NCBI GenBank assembly: GCA_047602405.1
Contig: JASGHJ010000002.1
Location: forward strand, 2,336,001 to 2,400,000
Direction of reading: 5' to 3'
Source of the DNA: Anaeromyxobacteraceae bacterium
Lineage (GTDB): Bacteria > Myxococcota > Myxococcia > Myxococcales > Anaeromyxobacteraceae
DNA: 64,000 bases
Shown here: piece by piece, positions 38,584 through 48,487 of the stretch
Layout: each line of letters opens with the position of its first letter
Position numbering within the stretch: the stretch's first letter is position 1
The notes under the pieces: generated by a model
Told to the model about the DNA's origin: nothing
The model's database searches: none
Seen by the model: only the letters and a program-made list of their open reading frames with translations
Made by a program: the position numbers and the translations under genes

Positions 38584-40491
38584 TTACTTCTTCTTCGCCT
38601 TGTCCATCCGGGCGAGGATCTTCTCCATCTCGTCCATCGTCGCGTTCATCTCGGCGATGGTCGCGTCGAAGGGCTTCGAGGTGGTCATGTCCACCCCGGC
38701 CTTCTTGAGGAGCTCGATCGGATAATCGTTCCCGCCGGACGCGAGCATCTTCAGGTACGCGTCGCGCTTCGCGGTGCCCTTCCCCGCCGCCGCCTCCTCG
38801 CGGATGCCGCGGGCGAGCGCGGTCGAGGCCACGAAGCTCGTCGAGTACTGGTAGACGTAGAAGGGCCGGTGGAAGTGGGGGATGAAGGCCCACTCGATCG
38901 CGAGCAGGTCGTCCACCTGGCAGACGCCCTTGTCGTGCCCGTAGTAGGCGCGCACGGTGTCGAGGTAGAGCTTCGAGAGGTTCTCGCCCGTCAGCGTCTC
39001 GCCCTTCTCCGCCTTCTGGTGCATCGCGAGCTCGAAGTCGGCGAACTGCGTCTGGCGGAAGAGCGTGCCGCGCGCGCCGTCGAGGTAGTTCCCGAGGAGC
39101 GCCAGCCGGGTCGCGTCGTCCTTCGTCTGCCCCAGCATGTGGTGGAGGAGCAGGTTCTCGTTCAGCGTCGACGCGACCTCGGCGACGAAGAGCGCGTAGC
39201 CCGAGGTCGGGTACGGCTGCGCCTCGTACGCGAGCGCGGTGTGCATCGAGTGGCCCGACTCGTGCGCGAGCGTGGAGAGGTCGTCGTACTGTCCGTTGAA
39301 GTTGAGGAGCTGGTACGGGTGGACGCCGTAGACGCCCGTCGAGTACGCGCCGGAGCGCTTGCCGGTCGAGGGCAGGTAGTCGGTCCAGCCGCTCTCGAAG
39401 CCCTTCGCGAGGCCGTCCTTGTACTTCTTGCCGAGCGGGGCCACCGCCGCGAGCGTGATGGCGCGCGCCTGGTCCGGCTCGAACTTGAGGTCCACCGAGG
39501 CGACCATCGGCACGTAGATGTCCTGGTAGCGGAGCTTCTCGAGGCCGAGCATGCGCTTGCGCAGCGCGAGGTAGCGGTGGAGCGTCGGCAGGCTCCGGCG
39601 CACGTCGGCGACGAGCTGCGTGTAGACCGAGGTCGGGATCGCGTTCGGGAAGAGCGACGCCTCGAGGTTGGAGGCGTAGTGCCGCGCCTTGCGCGTGAAG
39701 CCCTGGGCCTTCACGGTCGCGAAGAGGTTCGCGCCCACGGTGCGCTCGTACTGCTTGAGCGCGCCGAAGAAGGCCTTGAACACGATCTCCCGGTCGGCCG
39801 GGTTGCGGGACTGGCGGTACAGGCCGTACGCGGACTGGTCGAGCCGGATCTCCTTGCCGTCGGAGAGCTTCACGGTCGGCCAGGGGAGGTCGGCGTTCGC
39901 GAGGAGGCCGTACGCGTTCGAGCCCGCGCTCGAGAGGTCACCCGCCTCCGCGACGAGCCGCTCCTCCTGGGCGGAGAGCGTGTGCGGCTTCATGCGGAGC
40001 GTGTCCTCGAGGAAGAAGCGCCAGGGGGCGAGCCGCTTCTCCTCCTTCAGGAACCCCTGCACCTTCGCCGGGTCGAGCGTCAGGATCTCGGGCTGGAGCC
40101 AGGAGGTGGCCGAGGAGAGGTCGGTGAAGAGCTGCTCGGCGCCCTGCCGCATCTCGAGCGGCCCGGAGGCGCGGGTGTCCTCGTCGGAGCGCGAGGAGGC
40201 GTAGACGTAGAGCCGCTCGAGCTCGAGCTGGGCCTTCCAGATCGCGTCGAGGGCCTCGAACATCGAGCCGGCGGACGCGCCGAGCTTCCCCTGGAAGCGG
40301 GCGAGGTCCGGGACCTTCTTCGCGAGCGCGTCGCGCGCCGCGGCCCAGTCGCCCTCGGTGCGGTAGAGCTCCGAGAGGTTCCACTTGTACTTGTCGGGGA
40401 TCTCCGACCGGTTCTGCGCTCTTTGAGAGTCGGCGGCGAAGGCGGGCATGGTGGCGACGAGGGCGAGGAGGACGAGCGGGGTTCGGGCCAT
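38584..40491 (-). CDS. pepF: Oligoendopeptidase F (M3B) with signal peptide
   Basis: RSEIPDKYKWNL, GKRSGAY, LAHESGHSMH, AEVASTLNE, FYVYQY. Confidence 0.92.
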   Translation of the reverse strand: MARTPLVLLALVATMPAFAADSQRAQNRSEIPDKYKWNLSELYRTEGDWAAARDALAKKVPDLARFQGKLGASAGSMFEALDAIWKAQLELERLYVYASSRSDEDTRASGPLEMRQGAEQLFTDLSSATSWLQPEILTLDPAKVQGFLKEEKRLAPWRFFLEDTLRMKPHTLSAQEERLVAEAGDLSSAGSNAYGLLANADLPWPTVKLSDGKEIRLDQSAYGLYRQSRNPADREIVFKAFFGALKQYERTVGANLFATVKAQGFTRKARHYASNLEASLFPNAIPTSVYTQLVADVRRSLPTLHRYLALRKRMLGLEKLRYQDIYVPMVASVDLKFEPDQARAITLAAVAPLGKKYKDGLAKGFESGWTDYLPSTGKRSGAYSTGVYGVHPYQLLNFNGQYDDLSTLAHESGHSMHTALAYEAQPYPTSGYALFVAEVASTLNENLLLHHMLGQTKDDATRLALLGNYLDGARGTLFRQTQFADFELAMHQKAEKGETLTGENLSKLYLDTVRAYYGHDKGVCQVDDLLAIEWAFIPHFHRPFYVYQYSTSFVASTALARGIREEAAAGKGTAKRDAYLKMLASGGNDYPIELLKKAGVDMTTSKPFDATIAEMNATMDEMEKILARMDKAKKK

Positions 40492-40677
40492 TTTGGCGTG
40501 GGCTCCAGGTTGACCGAGGGGTGACACGTTCACGGAGACCGCGGGTGGAGCCGCGTGACGCGGCGGGGCAATCTATCGCCCTCCGCCCCCGGCCGCGGGA
40601 CGAAATCCCACACCCCAGCAGGGTGGCGTCCGGCCACGGGCCTGTTAGGCTGCGCGGGGAGAGAGGACCGACGCCGC

Positions 40678-41106
40678 ATGGAGACGACCGCATCGCGAGA
40701 GACGACGTGGGATCCCGCCCTCGAGACCGGGCACGCCGAGATCGACCGGCAGCACCGCTCCCTGTACGCCTGCGCCGACCGGCTCATCCAGGCCATCCAG
40801 CGCCAGCAGGGCGCCGCCGCCGTGGCCGACGCCATCCGCTTCCTCCGGGGGTACGTGCGCGAGCACTTCGAGGCCGAGGAGGCCCTCATGCGCGAGCACG
40901 CCTACCCCGAGCGCGAGTTCCACGTCGGCCTGCACGAGCGGATCCGCCGCCGGCTCGACGAGGTGGTCGCCGTCTACGAGCGGGACGGCGGCTCGGAGGC
41001 GCTCCTCGGCGACGTCGAGGCGATGATGCGGGGCTGGCTGTCCCTCCACATCGGCGAGAAGGACCGCGCGCTCGCCGACTTCCTGCACCGGCAGGGCGCC
41101 CGTTGA
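40678..41106 (+). CDS. Bacteriohemerythrin
   Basis: IDRQH, HFEAEE, YP..HVGLH, WLSLHIGEKD. Confidence 0.9.
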   Translation: METTASRETTWDPALETGHAEIDRQHRSLYACADRLIQAIQRQQGAAAVADAIRFLRGYVREHFEAEEALMREHAYPEREFHVGLHERIRRRLDEVVAVYERDGGSEALLGDVEAMMRGWLSLHIGEKDRALADFLHRQGAR

Positions 41107-42296
41107 CCTCGAAGCTGGGCCTGCTCTCCCTGCAGGTCCGACCCGGCCACCCCGACTTCCTCGACCTCCCGTGGGACGCGCCCGCCGCGGCCTGGCCGGG
41201 TCGCTGCCCGCGCCTCGTCGAGGTCCAGCGCGGCATCTCGCGGCACGAGGTCGTCTTCGTCCAGTACGACCGGACGCTCTACGCGTTGAAGGAGCTGCCG
41301 CCCGCCGTCGGCGAGCGCGAGTACGGCGCGCTCCGCTGGCTCGAGGACCGGGAGCTGCCCGCGGTCGTGGCCGCGGGCCACGCCCGCGTCGCGACGCCGG
41401 ACGGCGAGGCGAGCGTGCTCATCACGCGCTTCCTCGACCACTCCCTGCCCTACCGCACGCTCTTCGGCTCCGACGGCCTCGCGCCCTACCGAGCCCGACT
41501 CCTCGACGCGATCGCCGGGCTCCTCGTGCGGCTCCACCTCGCCGGCTTCTTCTGGGGCGACTGCTCGCTCTCGAACACCCTCTTCCGCCGCGACGCCGGC
41601 GAGCTGCAGGCCTACCTCGTCGACGCCGAGACCGCCGAGATGCACGAGGCGCTCTCCGACGGGCAGCGCCGCCACGACCTCGAGCTCCTCGAGCAGAACG
41701 TGACGGGCGACCTCCTCGACGTCGCCGCGATGCTGGGCCTGCCCGCCCCGGCGGGCGCCGAGGGCACCGGCGCCGAGATCCGCGCCCGCTACGAGCGGCT
41801 CTGGAACGAGATCGGCCGGGTGGAGACGGTCGCGGCCGGCGAGAGCTGGCGCATCCACGACCGGATCAGGACCCTGAACGCGCTCGGGTTCACGGTCGGC
41901 GAGGTGAAGCTCGACGCGGTGGGCGACGGCAGCCGCCTGCGGATGCGGACCATCGTCACCGACCGCGACTACCACCGGCACCTCCTGCACGCCCTCACCG
42001 GCCTCGTCGCCGAGGACCGGCAGGCGGCGCTCATGGTGAACGAGATCCAGGAGCTGCGCGCCACGCTCGTCCGGGCCGAGAACCGCAGCGTGCCGCTCTC
42101 GGTGGCGGCGTACCGCTGGCTCACCGAGCGCTACCAGCCCTTGGCGCGCCGGCTCGCGCCGCTCGGGCGCCGGGGCGAGCCCGCGGAGCTCTACTGCCAG
42201 CTGCTCGAGCACAAGTGGTACCTGTCCGAGCGCGCGAGGCGCGACGTGGGCCCCGAGGTCGCGCTCGAGGACTACCTGCGCCGCTTCGCGGGCTGA
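41103..42296 (+). CDS. DUF4032 / LPS-kinase-like protein
   Basis: LDLPWD, RGISRH, ALKE, FWGDCSLSNTLFRRDAG, LVDAET, LEHKWYLSE; TTGA overlap with hemerythrin. Confidence 0.85.
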   Translation: MTSKLGLLSLQVRPGHPDFLDLPWDAPAAAWPGRCPRLVEVQRGISRHEVVFVQYDRTLYALKELPPAVGEREYGALRWLEDRELPAVVAAGHARVATPDGEASVLITRFLDHSLPYRTLFGSDGLAPYRARLLDAIAGLLVRLHLAGFFWGDCSLSNTLFRRDAGELQAYLVDAETAEMHEALSDGQRRHDLELLEQNVTGDLLDVAAMLGLPAPAGAEGTGAEIRARYERLWNEIGRVETVAAGESWRIHDRIRTLNALGFTVGEVKLDAVGDGSRLRMRTIVTDRDYHRHLLHALTGLVAEDRQAALMVNEIQELRATLVRAENRSVPLSVAAYRWLTERYQPLARRLAPLGRRGEPAELYCQLLEHKWYLSERARRDVGPEVALEDYLRRFAG

Positions 42297-42493
42297 GCGC
42301 CTGCGGGGTGGTCGGGACACGGGTGCCGGTCGACCCTCGGTACGGCCCCGAGCCGTGTGCGTCAACCCCGCCGCGTGACGGCGGATCTTCGCGTGCGAGC
42401 CCGGGCCGCGCCCTTGCACCACGAGCCGCCCGCAGCGGCCGGCGCGGCGCGGGAACCCCTCCCGTCCCCGCACCAGGCCCCCGGAGACCGAAC

Positions 42494-42916
42494 ATGGCCC
42501 TGCAGTGGGACAGGTCCCTCGCCGTCGGCGTGAAGCTCATCGACGAGCAGCACCAGGAGCTCTTCCGCCGCGTGAACACGCTCCTCGAGTCCATGCTCAA
42601 GAACCAGGGCAAGGGCGAGATCGAGAAGCTCATCGGCTTCCTCGCGCAGTACGTCGTCGATCACTTCGCCGCCGAGGAGAAGATGATGACGCAGTACCGG
42701 TACCCGGACCTCGCGAAGCACCGGCAGGCCCACGCCGACTTCGTGAAGCGGTTCGGCGAGCTCAAGGCCGCCTTCGACAAGGACGGCGCCACCCCGACCG
42801 TCACCATCGAGCTCAACCGCTTCGTCGGCGGCTGGCTGCGCGAGCACATCGGCCGCACCGACACCGCGCTCGGCAAGTTCCTCCACCAGGTGAACGCGAC
42901 CGAGGCACACGCGTAG
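42494..42916 (+). CDS. Bacteriohemerythrin
   Basis: GGAG RBS; IDEQH, HFAAEE, YP..HRQAH, WLREHIGRTD. Confidence 0.92.
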   Translation: MALQWDRSLAVGVKLIDEQHQELFRRVNTLLESMLKNQGKGEIEKLIGFLAQYVVDHFAAEEKMMTQYRYPDLAKHRQAHADFVKRFGELKAAFDKDGATPTVTIELNRFVGGWLREHIGRTDTALGKFLHQVNATEAHA

Positions 42917-42930
42917 CGCCGCCTCGCCCC

Positions 42931-43722
42931 TCATCCCCGCCGCAGCCCCCGCGCCTGCCCGAGCGCGGCCTCCACGGCCGCCCGCGCGGGCGCGCTCACG
43001 AGGTCGGGCCGCTCCCGCGCCACGATCGCGAGGAGCGCGCGGGCCGCGTCCAGCACCGGGAGCCGCACCGCCCGCTCCACCTCCGCGGCGAGCTCGGGCA
43101 GCGCCCGCTCGAGCCGGCGCGCGGGATCGAGGTCGTCGAGGAGCGCCCGGCGCTCCGGGGCGAGCCGCGCCCGGGCGAGCGTCACGAGGTGCCCGACCGC
43201 GCCGCTCCGCACGAGCGCGTGGCCGGAGAGAACCTCGCCGCGCGCGGCCCGGCCCGCGCCGACGACGAGCTTCGTGAGGAGCTGCCCCGCCTCCCAGCGC
43301 TCGTCGGGAGGCGGCGGCGCGGCCGCGAGCGTCGCGGCCCGCAGCCGGGCGAGCCGCTCGACGAGCCCGCACCGATCGAGGAGCACCCGGTGGCGGTTCA
43401 CGCGCGCCACGCCGAGCTCGTCGGGGTCGAAGACCGCGAGCTCCACGAGGTGCCCGCTCGCGTAGAGCGCCTTCACGCCGTGCGCGGTCTCGCGGTAGCG
43501 GAGCGCGATCGCCCCCGCGTCGGGCAGCCACCCGAGGTCGGTCCGGAACCGCTCCTGCGTCCCGGGCCGGGTGACGAGCCAGAGGTCGTGGTCGGAGACC
43601 TCGTCCGGGAGCGGCGGCTCGCCCGAGGTCGAGCCGAGCCCCACGAGGCCGAGCACGTCCGGGTCGGCCGCGAGGCGCGCCTCGACCGCCCCGGTGAACG
43701 CCGCGTGCTCGGCGGGCGTCAC
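42931..43722 (-). CDS. Pol-beta-type nucleotidyltransferase domain protein
   Basis: VLGLVGLGS...DEVSDHDL motif plus helical C-terminus; GTGA overlap with upstream gene. Confidence 0.6.
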   Translation of the reverse strand: MTPAEHAAFTGAVEARLAADPDVLGLVGLGSTSGEPPLPDEVSDHDLWLVTRPGTQERFRTDLGWLPDAGAIALRYRETAHGVKALYASGHLVELAVFDPDELGVARVNRHRVLLDRCGLVERLARLRAATLAAAPPPPDERWEAGQLLTKLVVGAGRAARGEVLSGHALVRSGAVGHLVTLARARLAPERRALLDDLDPARRLERALPELAAEVERAVRLPVLDAARALLAIVARERPDLVSAPARAAVEAALGQARGLRRG

Positions 43723-44249
43723 GGCCGCGCCCGCTTCCAGCGCAGCTGCACGAGGCCGTTCGGGTACGCCCTCGCCTCGAGCAGCGTGAGCGCGAGGTCC
43801 GGGAGCGGCGGCCGGAAGAGCGGTATGCCGTCGCCGAGGATGCGCGGGACGACCGAGACCGTGAGCTCGTCCACGAGGTCCGCCGCGAGGAAGGCCGAGA
43901 TGGTCCGGCCGCCGTCGAGGTAGACCCGCCGGACCCCCTCGGCCGCGAGCGTCGCCGCGAGCGCGGCGGGCTCCGCCGAGAGGAAGCGGGCGCCGTGCTC
44001 CGGCGCGTCCTCCCCGCGCGTCCAGACCACGACCTTCTTCCCGGCGTAGGGCCACTCCGGGAACGCGAGCGCGGTGTCGTATGTCTTGCGGCCGATGACG
44101 AGCGCGTCGACCGAGGCCGCGAACGCGGCGTAGCCGTGGTCCTCGCCCGGCGTCTGGAACGGCTCGAGCCAGTCGAGGCGCCCGTCCGGCCGGGCGATGA
44201 AGCCGTCGGCGCTCGTCGCGATGAACACCGCGAAGGTGGGGCGGTTCAT
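43719..44249 (-). CDS. Dihydrofolate reductase-like (RibD C-terminal) protein
   Basis: IATSADGFIA, GRKTYD, DGG, LVDEL..VPRILGDGIPLF. Confidence 0.88.
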   Translation of the reverse strand: MNRPTFAVFIATSADGFIARPDGRLDWLEPFQTPGEDHGYAAFAASVDALVIGRKTYDTALAFPEWPYAGKKVVVWTRGEDAPEHGARFLSAEPAALAATLAAEGVRRVYLDGGRTISAFLAADLVDELTVSVVPRILGDGIPLFRPPLPDLALTLLEARAYPNGLVQLRWKRARP

Positions 44250-44261
44250 GCCCTCACGCTA

Positions 44262-46391
44262 TCAGCGCGCGCGGGCGGGCTTGAGGTTCCGTTCGAGGAA
44301 CTCCACGAGACGCCCCACGAGGTACCGCGCGTCGGGCCCGGCGACCCAGCGGTGGGTGGCCGACGGCCCGATCGCGAGCTCGAAGTCCTTGCCGCTCCGC
44401 TCGAGGTGCTCGACGAGGTCGACCATCGTCTTGAACGGCACGACGTCGTCGGCCATGCCGTGCACGATGAGGAGCGGGTCCTTCAGGCCTGCGGCGTACG
44501 GGATCGCGGCGCCCTTCGTGAACGCGTCGGGGTGCGTCCCCGGCGTGCGCGCGATGGCGACGTCGTCGGAGCCGAACCAGCGCGGGTCGACCGCTGCCGC
44601 GCCCGCGACGCCCGCGGCGAAGAGGCCGGGCTTCTTGAAGAGCGAGTAGATCGTGAGCGTCCCGCCGTAGGACGAGCCGAAGATGCCGATCCGCCCCGGA
44701 TCGACGCCGGGCTGCCTCCCGAGCCAGCGGACCGCGTCCTCGAGGTCGTCGAGGTCGCCCTGCCCCCAGCGCATCAGGAACGCCTCGCGGAACGCGCGCC
44801 CGTAGCCGGTCGAGCCGCGGACGTCGACCTGCACGACCCGGAAGCCGCGGTCGATAGCGAGGTGCTGCTGGAGAATGCCCCAGGGGCCGCCCCAGCGGTT
44901 CCGCACGGTGTTCGAGTAGACCGGTCCGAGCACGGTCGGCGCGGCCTTCCCCTTCGGCACGCCCCTCGGCTCGTAGACCCTCACGTGCAGCGTGTAGGCG
45001 CCGTCCCGGGACGGGAAGCTCGCGTACCGCGGCTTCACCCAGGGCACCTTCGCGAACGCGGGCGGCTGGGAGGTGGTGACCCGGCGGGCGGGCCCGCCCG
45101 CGGGCGAGGCGAGCCAGAGCTCCGGCGGCGTGACGTCGTCGGACGAGACGAGCGCGACCGCCTTCCCGTCCGGCGCCGGGAACGCCGCGTGCGTGCCCGG
45201 CCGCGCGCTCACGCGGACGCGCGCGCCGCCGCCTGCGGGGAGCCGCCAGATCTGGCGCTCGGAGGGGACGGGCTCGTTCGAGGCGAAGTAGACGTCGCCG
45301 GTGGCGGGCACGGCGGCGAGGTAGCCCTCCACGTCGAAGGTGGGCGGCGACAGCAGCGTGCGCTCCCCGCTCGCGAGGTCCAGGAGGTAGAGGCCGTAGC
45401 GGTCGTCGAGGTCGGCCATCACGAGCACGCGGTCGCCGCCCGGCGCCCACGCGGAGCCGAACTCGGTGTAGATGCGCGTCTCGCGCCGGTCGTGCCAGAC
45501 CTCCTTCAAGGCGCCCGCGGCCGGGTCGAACACGTGCAACCAGCGGTCGACGTTCGTGTCGCTCGCGCGGTCCACGAGGAGCTTCCCGGATGGCGACCAG
45601 GCCATCGCGTTCACGAGCGTGGAGGTCGGCGCCGGGAGGTCGAGCCAGTCGAGCTTCCCGGTCGCGACCTCCAGGATCCCCACGCGGCGGGCCTCGTTCT
45701 CGTCGCCGGGCGCCGGGCGCCGCAGCCAGTTGAGGATGGGCTCCTCGAAGAGGTAGTGCGGGAAGGGGACCTTCCTGACGTTCCGGCGATCGACGGCGTG
45801 GACCGCGACGAGGCGGCCGTCCGGCGACCACCGGTAGGAGGCGCCCGGGCCGGTCCAGGTGCCCTGGCCGATCTCGGCGTCGGGCCTGAAGTAGGTGCCC
45901 TGCGCCACCGCTCCGGGCGGCGGCGCGCCGACCGAGGTGGCGCGGCGGGCCTCGCCTCCCTCGGCGGGCACGAGCCAGAGGTCGCCGCCCTCGAGCCAGG
46001 AGACGAGCTTCCCGTCCGGCGAGACCGCGAGCTCCGAGCGATCGGCGCCGGAGCCGGGCACGAGCCGCGCGACCTTGCCCGCGGCGAGCGGCACCCGCCG
46101 CAGCTCGCCTCCCGCCACGAGCGCGAACACCGCGGCGCCGTCCGGCGCCCAGGCGAACGCGGTCGCCCCGGCCGCGCCGACGCGGTGGAGCGCGTCCCCG
46201 CTCCGCTCGACGAGCCAGACGTCCCGGTCCCCGCCCGCGGGGTCCTTCCAGAGGAACGCGAGCCGCGCGCCGTCCGGCGACCAGGCGGGCGACGACGGCG
46301 AGACGCCGGCGATCGTGGCCGGGGCGACGACCGCCTCGAGGGGCAGCGCGGGGGCCGCCGCGAGGGCGAGCGCGAGGAGAGCGGTGAGCAT
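44262..46391 (-). CDS. Secreted S9 peptidase (DPP IV-like)
   Basis: Signal peptide, WSPDG propeller repeats, GSSYGG, HGMADDVV, terminal His. Confidence 0.9.
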   Translation of the reverse strand: MLTALLALALAAAPALPLEAVVAPATIAGVSPSSPAWSPDGARLAFLWKDPAGGDRDVWLVERSGDALHRVGAAGATAFAWAPDGAAVFALVAGGELRRVPLAAGKVARLVPGSGADRSELAVSPDGKLVSWLEGGDLWLVPAEGGEARRATSVGAPPPGAVAQGTYFRPDAEIGQGTWTGPGASYRWSPDGRLVAVHAVDRRNVRKVPFPHYLFEEPILNWLRRPAPGDENEARRVGILEVATGKLDWLDLPAPTSTLVNAMAWSPSGKLLVDRASDTNVDRWLHVFDPAAGALKEVWHDRRETRIYTEFGSAWAPGGDRVLVMADLDDRYGLYLLDLASGERTLLSPPTFDVEGYLAAVPATGDVYFASNEPVPSERQIWRLPAGGGARVRVSARPGTHAAFPAPDGKAVALVSSDDVTPPELWLASPAGGPARRVTTSQPPAFAKVPWVKPRYASFPSRDGAYTLHVRVYEPRGVPKGKAAPTVLGPVYSNTVRNRWGGPWGILQQHLAIDRGFRVVQVDVRGSTGYGRAFREAFLMRWGQGDLDDLEDAVRWLGRQPGVDPGRIGIFGSSYGGTLTIYSLFKKPGLFAAGVAGAAAVDPRWFGSDDVAIARTPGTHPDAFTKGAAIPYAAGLKDPLLIVHGMADDVVPFKTMVDLVEHLERSGKDFELAIGPSATHRWVAGPDARYLVGRLVEFLERNLKPARAR

Positions 46392-46442
46392 GGGCCGGCA
46401 TCGTAGCAACTCGCGGCGCGGCCCGAGTAGGATGCGCCCCGC

Positions 46443-47420
46443 ATGCGCACCGAGCGGCTCCGCCCCGACCCCGCCGGCCTCGCCCGGGCCGCCGCGATCC
46501 TCGCGCGCGGCGGGCTGGTCGCGTTCCCGACCGAGACCGTCTACGGCCTCGGCGCGCTCGCGCTCGATCCCCTCGCCGTGCGCGCCATCTACGCCGCGAA
46601 GGGCCGGCCGGCCACGAACCCGGTCATCGTGCACGTCCCGGGCGCTCACGAAGCCGCCGCGCTCGCCGCGGCGTGGCCCGAGGCCGCCGCCCGGCTCGCG
46701 GCGCGCTTCTGGCCGGGGCCGCTCACCTTCGTCGTGCCGCGCGGACCCGGGGTGCCGGACGAGGTGACCGCCGGAGGCCCGACGGTCGGACTCCGCGCCC
46801 CCGCGCACCCGGTGGCCGAGGCGCTGCTGCGCGCCGTGGGCGCGCCGATCGCCGCGCCGTCGGCGAACGCCTCCGAGCACGTCTCGCCCACGACCGCGGA
46901 GCACGTCCTCGCCGACCTCGACGGGCGCATCGACGCCGTGCTCGACGGCGGCGCGTGCCCGGTCGGCATCGAGTCCACGGTGCTCTCGCTCGCGGGCGAC
47001 GCGCCGCGCGTGCTCCGGCCGGGCGCGCTCTCGCGCGACGACCTCGCGGCGGCGCTCGGGGTGCCGGTGCTCGGCCCGGGCGGCCCGGCCGAAGGCGCGG
47101 TCGCCGCCTCGCCGGGCCTGCACCACCGCCACTACGCGCCCGCGGGGAAGCTCGTGCTCGTGCCCCGCGCCGGCCTCGCCGCCGCGCTCGCCGCGTGGCC
47201 CACGCCGCGCGGCGCGATCGTGCGCGGGGCGCCGCCCGCCGGGCTCGGCGCGGAGGCCGTCGAGGTGCTGCCGGACGAGCCCGCGGGCTACGCGCGCGGC
47301 CTCTACGCCGCGCTGCGCGCGCTCGAGGATCGCGACTGCGCCGCGATCGCCGTGGAGGAGGCGCCCGCGGGCGCGGCCTGGGAGGCGGTCCGGGACCGCC
47401 TCGCGCGGGCGGCGGGGTAG
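46443..47420 (+). CDS. sua5: L-threonylcarbamoyladenylate synthase (Sua5 type)
   Basis: VAFPTETVYGLG, KGRP..NP, FWPGPLT, APSAN, GIESTV, SPG..HYAP. Confidence 0.95.
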   Translation: MRTERLRPDPAGLARAAAILARGGLVAFPTETVYGLGALALDPLAVRAIYAAKGRPATNPVIVHVPGAHEAAALAAAWPEAAARLAARFWPGPLTFVVPRGPGVPDEVTAGGPTVGLRAPAHPVAEALLRAVGAPIAAPSANASEHVSPTTAEHVLADLDGRIDAVLDGGACPVGIESTVLSLAGDAPRVLRPGALSRDDLAAALGVPVLGPGGPAEGAVAASPGLHHRHYAPAGKLVLVPRAGLAAALAAWPTPRGAIVRGAPPAGLGAEAVEVLPDEPAGYARGLYAALRALEDRDCAAIAVEEAPAGAAWEAVRDRLARAAG

Positions 47421-47434
47421 CGGCGAGGCCCGCT

Positions 47435-47944
47435 TCAGTCGACCCGGTGCATCCGGCCGTCCTGCGCCTTCAGGTAGGCGTAGGAGGCCTCGAGGATCTC
47501 CTCGAGCACCGGCAGCCGGACGTCGTCGAGCCGCTTCAGGTAGACGCAGACCCGGCTCGTCGTGTGCTCGCCGAGGCGCGCGAGGTTCGCCGCGTGCCGC
47601 GCCGTCCCGTCCATCAGGTAGACGGTGAGCTTGGCGTCGCGCGGGTAGAAGCCGAGCGCGTGACCGTCCCCCTCCCGGCCGCTGTCGTACTTGAAGTGAT
47701 ACGCGTCGAACCCGATCGTGCCGACGTTCCAGACCTTCGGCCGGGCTCCACCGGAGATCCGCCGCATCAGCTGCATGAGCGCGCGGCTGTCCCTCGCCGT
47801 CTGCGGGTCCTCGAGCGCGTCGAGGCCGTCCTCGACGGAGGCCTCGCGGCCTGCGCCCGCGCTCGGGGTGGACCGCTTCTTCACCGCCGCGCTGCGCTGC
47901 CTCGGCGCCGCCTTGCTCCGGGATGGCTTCGTCCGCGTGGCCAT
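47435..47944 (-). CDS. DUF1801 domain protein
   Basis: PKVW..IGF..YHFKYDSGREGD, GFYPR, LGEH..CVYLKRLDDV. Confidence 0.8.
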   Translation of the reverse strand: MATRTKPSRSKAAPRQRSAAVKKRSTPSAGAGREASVEDGLDALEDPQTARDSRALMQLMRRISGGARPKVWNVGTIGFDAYHFKYDSGREGDGHALGFYPRDAKLTVYLMDGTARHAANLARLGEHTTSRVCVYLKRLDDVRLPVLEEILEASYAYLKAQDGRMHRVD

Positions 47945-48002
47945 GTCACCCGTGAGCGTAGCCGCGGCGCCCCGAGATGTGCCATGACCTCCCGGGGCAC
48001 CG

Positions 48003-48404
48003 ATGAGCAAGAGCCGTCCCGACCGTCCAAGGCGCATGCCCGCGAAGAAGCCGAGCCCCGGCAGCCCGATCGACGCCTACCTCGCGAAGGTCCCGGCCGC
48101 GCGCCGGCCGCTCCTCGCGGCGCTCCGCGAGCGGATCCTCGCCGCGGCGCCGGAAGCCGAGGAGTGCATCTCCTACGGCCTCGCCGCCTTCCGCGTGCGC
48201 GGCAAGGTGGTCGCCGGGTTCCAGGCCACCGAGCAGGGCGGCTCGTACTACCCGTTCAGCGGCACGACCCTGGGGACGCTCGCGGACGCGCTCGAGGGCT
48301 GGTCGCGGACGAAGTCGGCGCTGCACTTCACGGCCGAGCGGCCGATCCCCGCGGCGCTCCTGAGGAAGCTCCTGAAGACCCGGCTCTCCGAGCTCGACGC
48401 CTGA
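48003..48404 (+). CDS. DUF1801 / YdhG-like protein
   Basis: IDAYLA, LRERI..APEAEECISYG, YPFSG, TKSALHF; start may be 48036. Confidence 0.8.
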   Translation: MSKSRPDRPRRMPAKKPSPGSPIDAYLAKVPAARRPLLAALRERILAAAPEAEECISYGLAAFRVRGKVVAGFQATEQGGSYYPFSGTTLGTLADALEGWSRTKSALHFTAERPIPAALLRKLLKTRLSELDA

Positions 48405-48487
48405 CCCGGTCGGGGCGGCCGGCAGGGCCGCTGCACGATCGTCGGCGCTCGCGTTCCCTCCGTCCGGAACGGCAGAATCCGACCACC

